This document shows, one piece after another, positions 36,541 through 49,039 of a stretch of DNA of 64,000 bases. The DNA is from the human T2T-CHM13v2.0 reference genome, Homo sapiens: NCBI RefSeq assembly GCF_009914755.1, contig NC_060931.1; one strand, given 5' to 3'. Within the stretch, counting starts at the first letter, position 1. Every line of letters begins with the position of its first letter. The notes beneath the pieces were generated by a model, which was not told the origin of the DNA, did not search any database, and worked only from the letters and a program-made list of their open reading frames with translations. A program made the position numbers and the translations under genes.

Positions 36541-38999
36541 AAAGTGCATGGTGTGGTAATACATTCTATTCTGTATTGCTTTGGAACATGATTAACATTG
36601 ATAGAATATTTTTCTTTTCATTTGAAGTCTTTACTAGATTTAGATTTTAAAAATGTAAATAGGACTTTGTTTGATAGGTGACCCTTGGGAATATGTTTGG
36701 ACTCCAGTTAGAACTTGGATTTCTTTCCAGGGTGACTCCTTGTGTGTGCTACTTGCTTTTTATCCTTCATTACCATTGCCCAGTGAGTTACTTCCTTATT
36801 GCTTGTGAGAGCCTTGTGAGTGGAACAAGAGAAGTAACATTGCAGATTTAGAATCTGTGTTACGTGGCATTATTCCTGATGTTATTTCTCACATTAAGCT
36901 GTCCAGAAATAAAGCTCTTTCTGTATATTTTCTGATTTGTTTTACAATAATTTTCATATTTGGTATCTCTTTATTTACAAGCGGACAGAGAAATCAGGTG
37001 TTTTCTATGAACAAATATTTGCAATAGATGGAAGGAAATGAAAAATACCAAGTAATATTCTAATGCCGCTGTTACCTGAGTTACAAAGGAAAACAAGGGA
37101 ATACCAAATTAGTTACTATCACAATTCCTGGAATTTATACTATTGATCGTGTGCTTATACATATTCTACATTCAGAATTGTTTACTTATGTGTAGTTAAT
37201 TCCAAGTGGGATATTTGCAACACATTTGAATAAGATCTTTTAAATCCTTAACCCCTATTCTGCCCTTTTGATACATCTTGGCAATACTCTTCTTAATACT
37301 GAACATGCTTTAGTCATTAATTTACAAGAAACTATACAGTGCTATAGCACTGGTTGCCATATCTTCTTCAACATTAGTCTAAAAACAGAAAAATGTCATT
37401 TTTAAGAATGAATATCAAAAAAGACTGAATTTTAGAGCCCTGGATGTAGAATTATCTTTCCTTGAATTTAACTCAGAACACGAAGCATGGGATTTTTTTA
37501 AATTAAATTTCCTCACTTCCTCATGTAACATGGTTCCAACACTCAGGTTGCTTTCTAATGAGTATGCTCCATTTTGTCTTTGTTCCTTTTAAAGTAAGGT
37601 AGATACAACTAGCAGAATACACCACATAAGGCTCGGATAGTGAATGTAGACGCACTTACTCTATCCTGGTCACGTTAACAATTTTTTTTCAGTTTGCACA
37701 GTGATGATACAAAATGAAAAAGACAGATTTCATGCCACTCTAGTATAATAACGCTAGAATAGAGGTGTCTGCTAAGTGCTCTGGGGGCGTGACTGTGGTA
37801 GAGACCATCGAGCAGCTCTTCCAGGTGTGGCTTGTTCATTGTGATGGCTGGCCCTGAAACCTAATATCCTGCTGTATATAAGGTGCTCAGTAAAAATGTG
37901 ATTAAGAATTAGTTGGTTTGAAACCAAACCCAGATAAAGTAAGGGCTACTTTACAAAACAAAACCTGTTGTCTTTAAAGAAAATGAATTGGTTTGCAGTT
38001 TCTGTTTTTACATAGCAGTCCACTTGTAAGTCCACTGCATTATCTTAAGAGGTACAGAGGCTGTGTGGCCAATATCATTCTCATCAACTAATGTTTGTTT
38101 TGTTCCCATCCTGCTGTAAAAAAAGAATTAGAACGTAGGCCCGGTTGTCCAGGAGCTGGTGTGGTGAAAAACTGGCTGGTTAGCTCCTGTCTCTGGCACT
38201 TTTAGCCAAGAAACCACTGTAATAGTACAGATAGAAGAAAACAATTCATGGAAAAAAGTAATGGGATATGCTAGCAAAAAGTCCAGAACAACTTCAGATG
38301 CCAAAAATTGGTCTTGTTCCCCCAAATATCTTTATATCCATAGCCCATATTTTTCTTTGACATTGTTAAAATTCAAACCAAAAACTGTTTTCCAATCCAG
38401 CGCAGTCTGTGTTGAAGGATCCATCTAAGGAGTGTTTGACATTTTACCTGTGTCATTGTAGGTCACATTTTAACCACCAAGCAGCCCCTTTCCACAGTTT
38501 GAAGCATAAAGCAAATGATACCCCCAAGAGATGAAAGACATGGTGAGCCCATTAAAAACTATTGAGGTTTGTTTTTTCTATTTGAACTTTAGAAGAAGAA
38601 AATTAAGTTGCCATTTGAGTCCAAGATGCCAAGAATGTCACCTTTATCAGCTGATTTTTCTCACCATCAGGAGGGCTCTAAGTAGGTTCAACAGCAACTG
38701 CCTATCACTGTTGGGATCCTAAGTGTGCACTCTCTGAAAATCATCCACCCCACTGTGTAATCAGCAGTGTTTGCAGAATACGTTAATGTCAAAGTCATAG
38801 TAAGGTCAGCAACAACAGGCCAGAATTTAAATTTAAAAAAATACTTTATTTGAATTTGGCATTCGCTGATGACTATTTTAATTTCTTTTTTTTTTAATCT
38901 CTAATCACTTGGGAAGAAGATAATACCTTAAAGAAAGGTTATATGTCTTCTCCCCCAGTAGCTTGAAGGTCTCATAAGCTCTCACCTCCAGTTCATAAG

Positions 39000-39340
39000 A
39001 ATTTCCTAACTAGTCACTCTACTTCCAGTTGCTTCCATTCTCTGCTATTAATCCACTTGTATACTGTGCCAGAGTGATCTTGCCAAAGCTCAGGTCTGAT
39101 TATATTATTCACTTAAAATCCCCCTAAGGATCCCTATGGCTTCTAGGATAAAGGCTTGATTCCCTACATGGCCTTCAGAGCCTGTGCTGACCTGGCCTGT
39201 GCCCATCTCCCCAAGCTCGTGGAGTGCCTGTAATGTGGGATCTGTGTGCAGCAGAAAAGAACTGCTCACCAGTCCTCAGAACATCCTGCATTTATAGTCT
39301 CATGCTATTTTACATGGTCTTCTCATTGCCTGGAGTCATA
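39000..39340 (+). mobile_element. L2 fragment
   Basis: gccagagtgatcttgccaaagctcaggtctgattat...cacttaaaatccc. Confidence 0.6.
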
Positions 39341-39709
39341 ATGTCTGTCATTTACTTTAAAAATACTTTAGCATAGATGCTTTAATTTTATTTTCAACAA
39401 AGTGCTACTTCATTTAAATTTCAACCACAGTAGCAATCAGTGTGCTAGTCATGAATCCCATTCCAGAGTTGGTCAACTTTCATTCTGTCAGAAAGCTCAC
39501 ATTCCAGAGGAGGCTACAACCAGTGCCATTACTGGTATTCTTATCAAAATTATACATTTGTGCCAATTAGTACTTGAATATCAGAATGAGTTTTTATTGG
39601 TGAAATTAGTCATTAGTTAATTAGCAACTGTTAAGATGAGCATCTATCAGTAAAAATGAGCAGTAGTCAAGATACTTGGATTCTCTTGGATGAACTGCTT
39701 ATAAGAATA

Positions 39710-40885
39710 TGACACATCCCATATAAAACTTAGCTTAAAATGGATCATTCAACTAAATGTAAAATCTAAAACTCTAAAACTTCTAGAAGAAAACATAGGA
39801 AAAAATTTTTATGATCTTTTTTAGGCAAAGACTTCTGAAATGTGACACTAAAAATACCATCCAAAAATAAAAAAGTTATAAATTGAACTTCATCAAAATT
39901 AAAACCATTTTTGATAGACATTGTCAAGGTTAAAATACAAGCCAAAGACCAGGAGAAAATATCTGCAAAGTCCATATCTGATAAAGGACTTGTATCCAGA
40001 ATATATAATGAACTCTCAAAACTTAATAATAAGAAAACAAAAAACCCAATTTTTAAAACTGGGCAAATGATTTGAACAGATATTTCATCAAAGATATACA
40101 CGCAGAAAATAAGCACATGAGAATATGCTCAACATCATTAGTCATTAGGAAAATGCAAATTAAAACCACAGTGAGATACTGCTCTACATCTATTAGGATG
40201 ACCAAAAATTTTTATTTAAAACGGACAACACCAAGTACTGATGAGGATGTGGAACAACTGGAACTTTTGTATACTTCCAGTAAGTAAGCAAAATGGTACA
40301 GCTCCTTTGGAAAGCAATTTGGTAATTTCTTACAAAAGTAAACATACACTTACCATAAGTGAGATCTAGCAATCTCACTTCCAGGTATTTATCCAAGAGA
40401 AATAAATGCAAAGTTATATGCACACAAAAATGTGTACATGAAGTAGCTGTATCCACAACCACCTAAACCTGGAAAGAATCTAAATATCAATGGGCGAATA
40501 GATAATCTGTGGGACATCCAATTCAGTGGAAGGCTACCCAGCAATAAAAAGTAATGAACAACATGGGTGAATATCAAATGCTTTGTGCTAAGTGAAAAAG
40601 CCAAACTCAAAAGGCTACATACTGTATGATTCCATTTATATGGCATCCTGGAAAAGACAACTGTAGGGGCAGAAAAATAGATGAGTGGTTGCCAAAGGTT
40701 TGGGAGTTGAGTAGGGATTGACTGCAGAGGGACACAGGGAATTTTGGAGGAGATGTTTGTGTTCTGTAATTTGGTTCTGGTGGTGGTTATATGATTGTAC
40801 ATGTTTGTTAAAACTAATAGAACTGTACACTAAAAGGGGGGAGTTATACTGTTTGTAAATTATTTCTCAATAAACCTGACTAAAG
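39710..40885 (+). mobile_element. Old L1 (L1MD/ME-like) 3' fragment
   Basis: ORF2 remnant (STSLVIRKMQIKTTVRY) and a 3'UTR ending ctcaataaacctgact. Confidence 0.8.
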
Positions 40886-41329
40886 AAAGATGACAGGCAA
40901 AGCGTGGTCGCATCATTAGAGATAATAATGCCCAAGGCTTTTGCAGCCATTCATTTGGGAATATTTCTTATTACTTGATGCCAACTGTAAAGGTAACAGA
41001 ACATAGACCCTGGATTATGTCATCATTTCTTACCTCCGGTGAACCTTCCATGCAAGGTCAGACAGAGCACCTAAAACAACAGAGTTAGGACTAGACTGGG
41101 CTTATGGAACAGCCTGTTTGAACTCTGCCTGCCAAGGGATACTATTGGTTTGGGATTTTTTTTTTTTTCTGCTACGGTGGGGGATTCAAAACAAATACCT
41201 GCATGTAGGGCAGAATTTGGACTGAAACACTTTGATTACAACTTTAAAAGGCTGTGGCAGTGCAGCCAATCCATACCCACCTCAGACTTCCTCAGCAGCT
41301 ACTAATATCTGCCAAAAAGCACCTGAGAA

Positions 41330-41890
41330 TTGTGTGTGACCAGACTGACACAGGCCATTTTCACACAGAAATGCCCTCCTTCCTCAAGCTGTCAGATATG
41401 TTCTGTGAGACTCAAGCATCACCTTCTGTCAGGACCCTTTCCTGATACCCCGTGGCACATTTCCATGGCACGTGGATGGATGTGCTTAGAGTGAGATGCT
41501 GTTCTCTTTTAGTCATTTTTTTCTTAATCTACCCCACTAGGTTATGGGTCTTTAGGGATACAAACTGTCTTATATTTCCAGGGCCTAGCACAATTTCTTA
41601 CAAATTCATAGAGGTTCCATACATGATTTAGTTAACTAATAAATTATTGTTAATAAATATAAGACTAGTGATGACAGCCAGTACTTACTATGCACGCCAT
41701 TTGTGCCAGACACTGCTATACTTAACACTTTATATGTAGTAGTTACTCGCAGCACCTTATGAGACAGGTGTTGTTTTCACCCATATTTCGTGGATAAGGA
41801 ACTGAGGGATAGAGAGATAAAGTAACTTGCCTAAAGTCATACAGCTGGTGATTGAAGCCAAAGTAGTCTCCTTACACTTTTAAGATCTAT
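41330..41890. mobile_element. L2 3' fragment (+, ~41330-41660) followed by MIR (-, ~41670-41890)
   Basis: ccagggcctagcacaa (L2); ggataaggaactgagggatagagagataaagtaacttgcctaaagtcatacagct (MIR). Confidence 0.65.
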
Positions 41891-42323
41891 AAACTCGGCC
41901 TCTCATCTTCATTGCAACAATATCTGTTGAAAATTACAATGCTTTTCACAGTATGCCTACAACCCTGGCATTGAAGAGAATTTTAGAACTCCTTCCCAAC
42001 ACTGTATAGATTAAACAAGCAATGATCATAGCAGCCAGCTTGCCCCAGATCACTCAGTTGTTCTATAGAATAACTAAGATGGCTTTCTGGTTAAAAGAGG
42101 GGAGGGTGTTTACATTAAAATGTACAAGGCCACAGCTGCTTCATATTAAGTGTAGAGCATAGTGTCTGGCACAAATAGGGTACACAGTAAGTGTTGGCTA
42201 TCATGGCTAGTCTTACATTTATTAATGATAATTTATTAGTTATTTTGGTGCTCTGTCCCAAGATCATTGCCCTCCCTGGAAGGATTTATTATTAACTGCT
42301 CTCCCTATCTCTCTCTTTTTCAG

Positions 42324-42502
42324 GGTTCACTGTTTCCACTATCTTATCCCTCTTGCAAAGGAGGGGAACTATGCCATTGTGGCTAATGTGGAAAGTATGG
42401 ATTATGACCCCCTGGTGGTCAAGCTCAACAAAGATATCAGCGCCATTGAAGAGGCCATGAGCGCCAGCCTTCAGCAGCACAAGTTCCAGTATATCTTCGA
42501 AG
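42324..42502 (+). CDS. EXOC4: EXOC4 internal coding exon, 179 nt (probably exon 16)
   Basis: Acceptor ctctctttttcag|G and donor AAG|gtcaga. The AG|G junction with the previous exon makes Arg. Encodes [60 protein letters not shown]. Confidence 0.97.
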
Positions 42503-43703
42503 GTCAGACCCTGCTTCTGTCTCTGGGAGTTTGGGAGGAAGAAAGGATGAAAGTTTTCCTGATTTTCTGTATTACTGAAGTTCAAGACTTGTAGAAAAGA
42601 GTTGTTTGCTTGCTTGCTTGTTTGAACTAAATCTGCAATACCTAGCCTCTTTGTGTATGACTAGGTAGACAACAATATGGCCGCCATCTGCTCCGGGTTG
42701 ATAAGGAGATTTAATCCAAGATAAGGCAGATGGCTGCCTCCCTGACATGCCATTCATGAGATTTGAGAGAATGTGCAGACTGGGCCACAAATTAACTCAA
42801 GAGGAGCTTATAAAAGAAAAAGAAAACACACATACACAATGAGGAGAGAATCCTGAAAGATCACTCATTGGCTAAAATTATCACTGGAACGGGAAGTTTT
42901 CTCACAGAATGTTATAATCATCTGGAAAGAACAGAAGCCTCTGATTAGAGGCAATTTTTAGGAAGGACGTGTCCATAAATGCCTCCAAGGGGCAGGCAAG
43001 GAAGGGTGTGAGAGACAGGAAGTGCCATCTAAAGACGTTACCCTTCACAATTTGGAAAAAATGTGATGGCACCCAAATAATTTTTCATGGTGAATTTCAC
43101 CCAGAGGATCCCTGTTAGGACTCCACATTATGTTCCCTTTGTCCATGTTTTGGTTTGTTTGTATGAAAACTTGTATCTGTGTTCTCTCACAGAATTAAAC
43201 TAGTATTATTTAAAACAACTAAGAAGGTACATTGTCCAAAGGATTGTGGCAAACTGACAATACATGGCCAATGTTTGCTTTATGAAAGTTATATTCCAGC
43301 AAATTTGGGCCCCCCAAAATCCAATCCTTAAATGTATATGGAGTTATAAAGAGATGTGTTCTGTTGGGGTATATCTCTCAAAGACTTTAGCCAAAAAGTG
43401 TAAGTGATTGAAGGGTTAGCTGGCAGTTAACCCCATGGCACTATGAGTTTGGTGGCATCTGTAATATTCTGCAGCTTTCAGCTGCAGTGCCTACCTGAGA
43501 ATTCACTTTTCTGTTATTACACCGAGTTTCCTCTGTGCTCTTGACTGTGGCTCTTCCCAGCCCCTGCATATCAACATTTGTTTTATTCCTATTACAAAAT
43601 GCATTTAATATATTTATTATAATATATTATTATTTCTTATTCTCTACAAACAGCATACCCCTTCATTGCCCAGTCTTGCAGACCACGTTATATTGTGGCA
43701 GCA

Positions 43704-43732
43704 AAAACAAACAAACAAACAAACAAACAAAA
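43704..43732. repeat. (AAAC)n microsatellite
   Basis: Read directly from the sequence. Confidence 0.9.
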
Positions 43733-44497
43733 ACTGTACCTAAAGTTACAGACTTGAGAGAATGACACCAAAACTTGGCCTACAGAGATTTTTCATATAA
43801 ATAAGTTGTCTAGTTTTAAATGTAGAATCTGCAGTTGTGTTTTTCTTTGAATAAAAACTTTTCTTCATATTCAAATAGTAACACATACAAGTTTGTGGTC
43901 TTGAAGCAATGTTGTTTGAGTGTAGCTGAAGCAAGACCTGAATGCATCTCCTCCCTCATTTCTACTTTCACCTTAATCAAGGGAAAACTCATTTTGAAGA
44001 CATGGGGAGCCATGGACCTAAAGATAAGCCCCGCACTCTGATCTAAACCTCAGAGTCTCGGGGAAGGGACTAGACTTCAGAACAGGAAAACAACCAATAG
44101 CAAATGGCTTGCAACTAGTCAGACCAGTTTACAGTTCCAAGGAAAATGTCCTGCTAGCATCCAAGAATAAGAAAGAAGGAAGAAACGTTTACTGAATTCC
44201 ATTTAGAATTAAAATCCAGCTTTTAAAAATAGTAACCCATATGTGCCTCACGTTGTTCTGAACCAGTGTCTCTCAACTTAATTACATGGGATATCCTGAG
44301 GAGGACTTATTAGTTTGCTGATGTCCTGAGCTGCCCTTTGCTAAATTTTGCAGACCATAAGACAACCCTCCAGACCTAAGAGCAAACTACTTGTGGGGGG
44401 GCCCCAAAATGTCCACAGGTGTCTCACGGGAAGTCAACAGTTAATGTATGATCTGCTTTTCCTTCACCCTTTTTTCTAATTGTGTCTTATACACCCA

Positions 44498-44629
44498 TTG
44501 CCATTGTTAAGGTATATTAGCATTATTGCCAATAACCCAATTTCTTATTGATTTATTTTTTACTTGGCAATGTTGAAATATATTAACATTATTGCCAATG
44601 CCCAGTGTCATATTGATTTTATTTATGTA
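44498..44629. repeat. Diverged tandem duplication, 2 x ~66 bp
   Basis: ttgccattgttaaggtatattagcattattgccaat...tattgattt versus ttggcaatgttgaaatatattaacattattgccaat...tattgattt. Confidence 0.8.
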
Positions 44630-45087
44630 GCTTCCCAATCAACTTTTGAGCCCAAAGTGTCCTTCTCTACTTTGTAGGAGGAAGGAGAGGCAAAAGGGTC
44701 ATTGTATATGCCTGTGGTCTTCTCTGCTTCCCAATTGTGTATAAAGAAAAGCGGGATTTCCTGTGTACTTCAACAGTTTATAATAACCTGGCCTCTTCTC
44801 TAAGGCCTTGGCATGGTGGCAGTAGGTGTACATGGCAATGCTGGAGATGTGGCTATTACCAGGCTTTGCCACCAACATGAAGTCCACTCATTTGTAACTA
44901 CTAGGACAATGTAGAAATACCCTAAAATTATTGTCAGATCAGCAGATGCAACCATCAGAGGTAGATTTTCTTTGGTCATTTAAATGTATAGAGGATTAGA
45001 AGACAGCAATTCTGTGTGCAAGTTTCTGCAGGAATGCCTCTAATCTGTCATCCGTTTTCTTTGCCCCGCACTGTGCTGACCCCTCAG

Positions 45088-45247
45088 GCCTGGGCCACCT
45101 GATCTCCTGCATCCTCATTAATGGTGCCCAGTACTTCAGGCGCATCAGTGAGTCTGGCATCAAGAAAATGTGTAGGAACATTTTTGTTCTTCAGCAGAAT
45201 TTGACCAACATCACCATGTCGCGGGAGGCAGACCTGGACTTTGCAAG
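45088..45247 (+). CDS. EXOC4: EXOC4 internal coding exon, 160 nt (probably exon 17)
   Basis: Acceptor gacccctcag|GC and donor AAG|gtagga. The G|GC junction makes Gly. Encodes [53 protein letters not shown]. Not in the ORF track on the + strand; read directly. Confidence 0.97.
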
Positions 45248-45489
45248 GTAGGAGGGAAAACTGGGTTTAGTTTCTTATGCCAAAGCTAAGACCTCGTTGC
45301 CTGTGAAGTCATTTTTAAAAATAGATTCTTGGTGCAGAAAAAGCTTAGTTTAAAAAAAGAAAGAAGCACAGATAGATGTTTTTAGGTCCTATAGAGAAAA
45401 TAATTCCACAGAATTCTATTGAATTTTGTTACTTTGGCAGATAGTTTTTCCTGATGTCTAACCCAAGTTCTTCTTAACTACAATACTTG

Positions 45490-45930
45490 AATAACTCTTT
45501 TTTTCTGCATGTAAAAGTATACATGCTCATTGCATAAAATATATAAGATAAGATACAAAGAAGAATATAAACCTTTGATCTAGAGGCTAAGATATTTGGT
45601 ATATTTTCTCCTGGCTTTTTTGCATGTGCTGTGTTGTTTATGTGACTTTTCACACATATTCAAGCATGTGATTGCCCTTTTTCCAAAACTGGAACTGTGT
45701 TAATGCAATTTTATATTAATTTAATTTTGTTTTCCCCTATCAATAACGTTGTTTGAAAACATAATTTTTCCACGTTCGTTAATACTCCTTGAAAACGTTA
45801 CTTTTAATGATGCCTGAATAAATATTTCATGGTATAAATGAGCCATATTTATTTTTTCATCACTTGCAAATTTTTGAACATTTGAATTTTTCCCTTTTTT
45901 TCTCTCATTGTGAATAACATGTATCTACTG
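45490..45930 (-). mobile_element. Old L1 (L1ME/MC-like) 3' fragment
   Basis: taaaagtatacatgctcattg...aaagaagaa pattern of old antisense L1 3' ends. Confidence 0.5.
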
Positions 45931-46065
45931 TATTTTTACAGGAACCTACTTCTCATTTCTTCCATCTTGTTCCAATTGAAACCCATCTCTTCTTGTTCTC
46001 ACTGGGAGGAAAGTGAGAACTCATCACTATCCTTTCTCTTCTCTAAGTTTTCTGATCTTAATTTT

Positions 46066-46341
46066 TTTTTAAGTGACAGGGTATTGCTCTGTTACCTAGG
46101 CTGGAGTGCAGTGGTGTGAACATGGCTCACTATAGCCTTGAATTCCTAGGCTCAAGGGATCCTCCGAGGAGCTGGGACTAAAGGCGAACACCACCATGCC
46201 TGGCTAATTTTTATATTTTTTTATAGAGACAGGGTCTCACTATGTTGCCTAGGCTGGTCTTGAACTCCTGGCCTCACGCAATCCTCCTTCCTCAGCCTCC
46301 AAAAGCACTGGAATTATAGGCATAAGTCACTGCACCTGGCC
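46066..46341 (-). mobile_element. AluJ
   Basis: J diagnostics (gacagggtctcactatgttgcctaggctgg); TSD tgatct(t/c)aattttt. Confidence 0.92.
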
Positions 46342-49039
46342 TTGATCTCAATTTTTAATGTTTTTGTACAATACAGTTTTTCAAGATTTGAGAGTTAATT
46401 TTTTTCTCTCTTCATTTGTCTTAACCCCATCTAAACCTTAATTAGAATATCAAACCTTTGGTGCTTTAATAAAAGCTTAAGCAATTTGAAGATGATAGAT
46501 GATAAATATGTTATCTTCATGCTCTATTGCCGTTTATACCTGAGTGGATTATTCCGTAAACTCCCTTATTTTCCAAAGCCTTTATGGCTAGGAAGTCCTT
46601 TGTTTTTAATAATGCCCAATGTTTCTGCCTGAGATTTAGTATTTCTGTGGTCTTTTCACTTGATTTTTTTGATTCTTTGAGAAGTGCAGGAAAATTTGAA
46701 ACAATTTATGGAGATGATGAAATATTATATTACTTCAACAATTGTAAAGACAATATGCTGTGATCTTTGTTTTGGGTATGAACCATATATGTTCATTTTT
46801 AACCTTTCTTCCTCAATCTGTTACTCCATTTGTTCCATTGCTACCCTGTTCCTCTGCTTTTCTGTCCTTCTCCTTCCCTGTCTCTTTCTTTCTATTTGTG
46901 GGAAAGTGAGAGAGAGAGAGAAAGTGAATGAGTGAGTGTGTGTGTTTTCATTAAATTCCCTGTTTTAGGCTAAATTTGATGGAAAGCCTTCCTTGCTCAG
47001 ATTAGGGAAACCAGGTGTGACTGAATGCTGCATTTATTTGGTCGCTCTTATGGGGAATGATCTCATTATTGAATTAGTCTAGTCATAATAACATTGACAA
47101 GGAGAAGTTAAGAACATAGAAGCCTGAGGGATACAAAAACCCATTACTAATGCTCTAAGGAATATAATTCCTAAATTCAATCATCCTATTTTAAATGATT
47201 TTTTTTATTTAGCTGAAATAAGTAAATTAACACAGTTTTTGGCAGACAGTCTGGGGCCTGAAAAACCTGGCATCTGAATAATGCAATGCTGACTGGGCAG
47301 GATTGAAGTTGGCATCAGCAGGTCATGTGCCGATGAAGCATTTCTTCAGGAACTGAGTCCCAACCACGCCTTGCCTTTCACAGTCGGATTGGTGAATTGT
47401 GTCCCAGGAAGTAGGTACAAGTGGCATGTGACCACTTGGGACATGTATTGCTACTATTATTCTTTATTCTGACATGGATTTTTGACAGGAAATAGGCTAG
47501 CATAAAGATACAGCACTGGATGAATCTGTTCTTCTGATTCTGCTTTAGAAGACATCTCCTTACTAAGACTAAGCTCCAAGAGGCCGAGACTCTTTTCTCA
47601 GTGCCTCTACCAAAGTAAGTGTTAATTGTATGTACTGAATGAATGAAAAGATATCAAATCAAGGCTAATTTTGGTGTGGATGAAGACCTTGGATATTGAC
47701 AGGTCAGTTTATGTTTAATTGCCTGAAAGTTTAAAGTAGCCGGCATGGGTCAGTTTTCTTATAAGCTTGTAAGAAAAAGCGTATCTTCCTTGCAGTTCGT
47801 TCTTTGTAAAACAGAAACCATATTGTAGCCCTACTACTCATAGTCTCTTTCCCTCTCATTTTTTCTTGTTTTCATACAGACACACTTTATAGCCTTATTT
47901 TTCCCCCGCTTCTTGTTTTTGGTAGGGACAGGTTTTGTGAAAGGGGCTCCATCAATTCTACCATATTTGAAGCTATGTAAAATACATAAAACAGCAATAC
48001 CAAAATAGCCAGAAATAATAGACTGCAGCAGTGTACCTCAGCATTCCTTAAGCAATGTTTAATCAAGCATGGACAGCATCTGTATTTCCAGCAAATCTCT
48101 ATAGGAATGTTATCTTCTAACACAGTAATTAATCACTAGTTGCCGTGTGTCAGAAAACTTATTTAACAAGAAGTTGCAAAGTGCTTGTAGTTTTCTTACC
48201 TTCTCAGCCTTCCTGGCCAGTGGAAAATATAACACCTTTCTGTAATAAAGAAATGAAGGATCTGGAGGGATTCCATTGATGTTGATTCTTCTACTCATAG
48301 TATTGTTATCTTGTCTCTCTCTTTTCATGCACACCTTCCCTCTAACTAATCTCTAAATGAGGGTAGATCTTGGGTGAGCAAAGGAACCAGACAACTTGTA
48401 ACATTACCAGAAGTACAGAGAGCCTCTGTCCTCTATGGTAATGATCATTTAAGCTCTCTTACGGTTTTAACCCCCCTGTTAATTTTCAGAGTCAAAAAGA
48501 TACTTTATCCAGGAAAATCAGTGTAGATGAGTTAGAAGGTGGAAGGGCTTTATGAGTGTGCTTTTTTAGTTCCTTTCATCACAGATCATCTTAACTTGAG
48601 CTGTCATGCACCTTTCCACATGTGAGTCACAGAAGCCACCTAGGAGTCCAGATGGTGGCAGCATAACAAGAGAGGTCTGAACGAACGATGATTGGAGTCC
48701 CCAAGATATATCTGACAACCTTTCTAGCTTGAGTGACGCCATTGTTCAAAAAGAATATCCCAGAGTTTTCTTCCCAGTTCTCCCCTCTTTACCCCATTTT
48801 GTTTCTTTCTCTGCCTCTTCAGCTGTCTCTTTTTTCTCCTTTATTTCTCCAATAGCTCTACTTCCTGCTCTCCTCCTTCAAGGTTTCATTGCTCCTCAGT
48901 TTTTCCCCTGATTTTGGTTTTTTTTGGACTGGTATCTTTCATTCTTAAACCTGCACAAGGTAAGGAAACAAAAGCTACGATTCGGGAAGCGGTAGGGCGA
49001 AAAATTGTAACACCCAAGACAGATTCCTCGCCCGGTTAT

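Noticed and set aside
38127-38205. GC-richer stretch considered as a small-RNA pseudogene
   Set aside because: No match to any tRNA, snRNA, Y or 7SK sequence I can recognise, and no TSD or A-tail.
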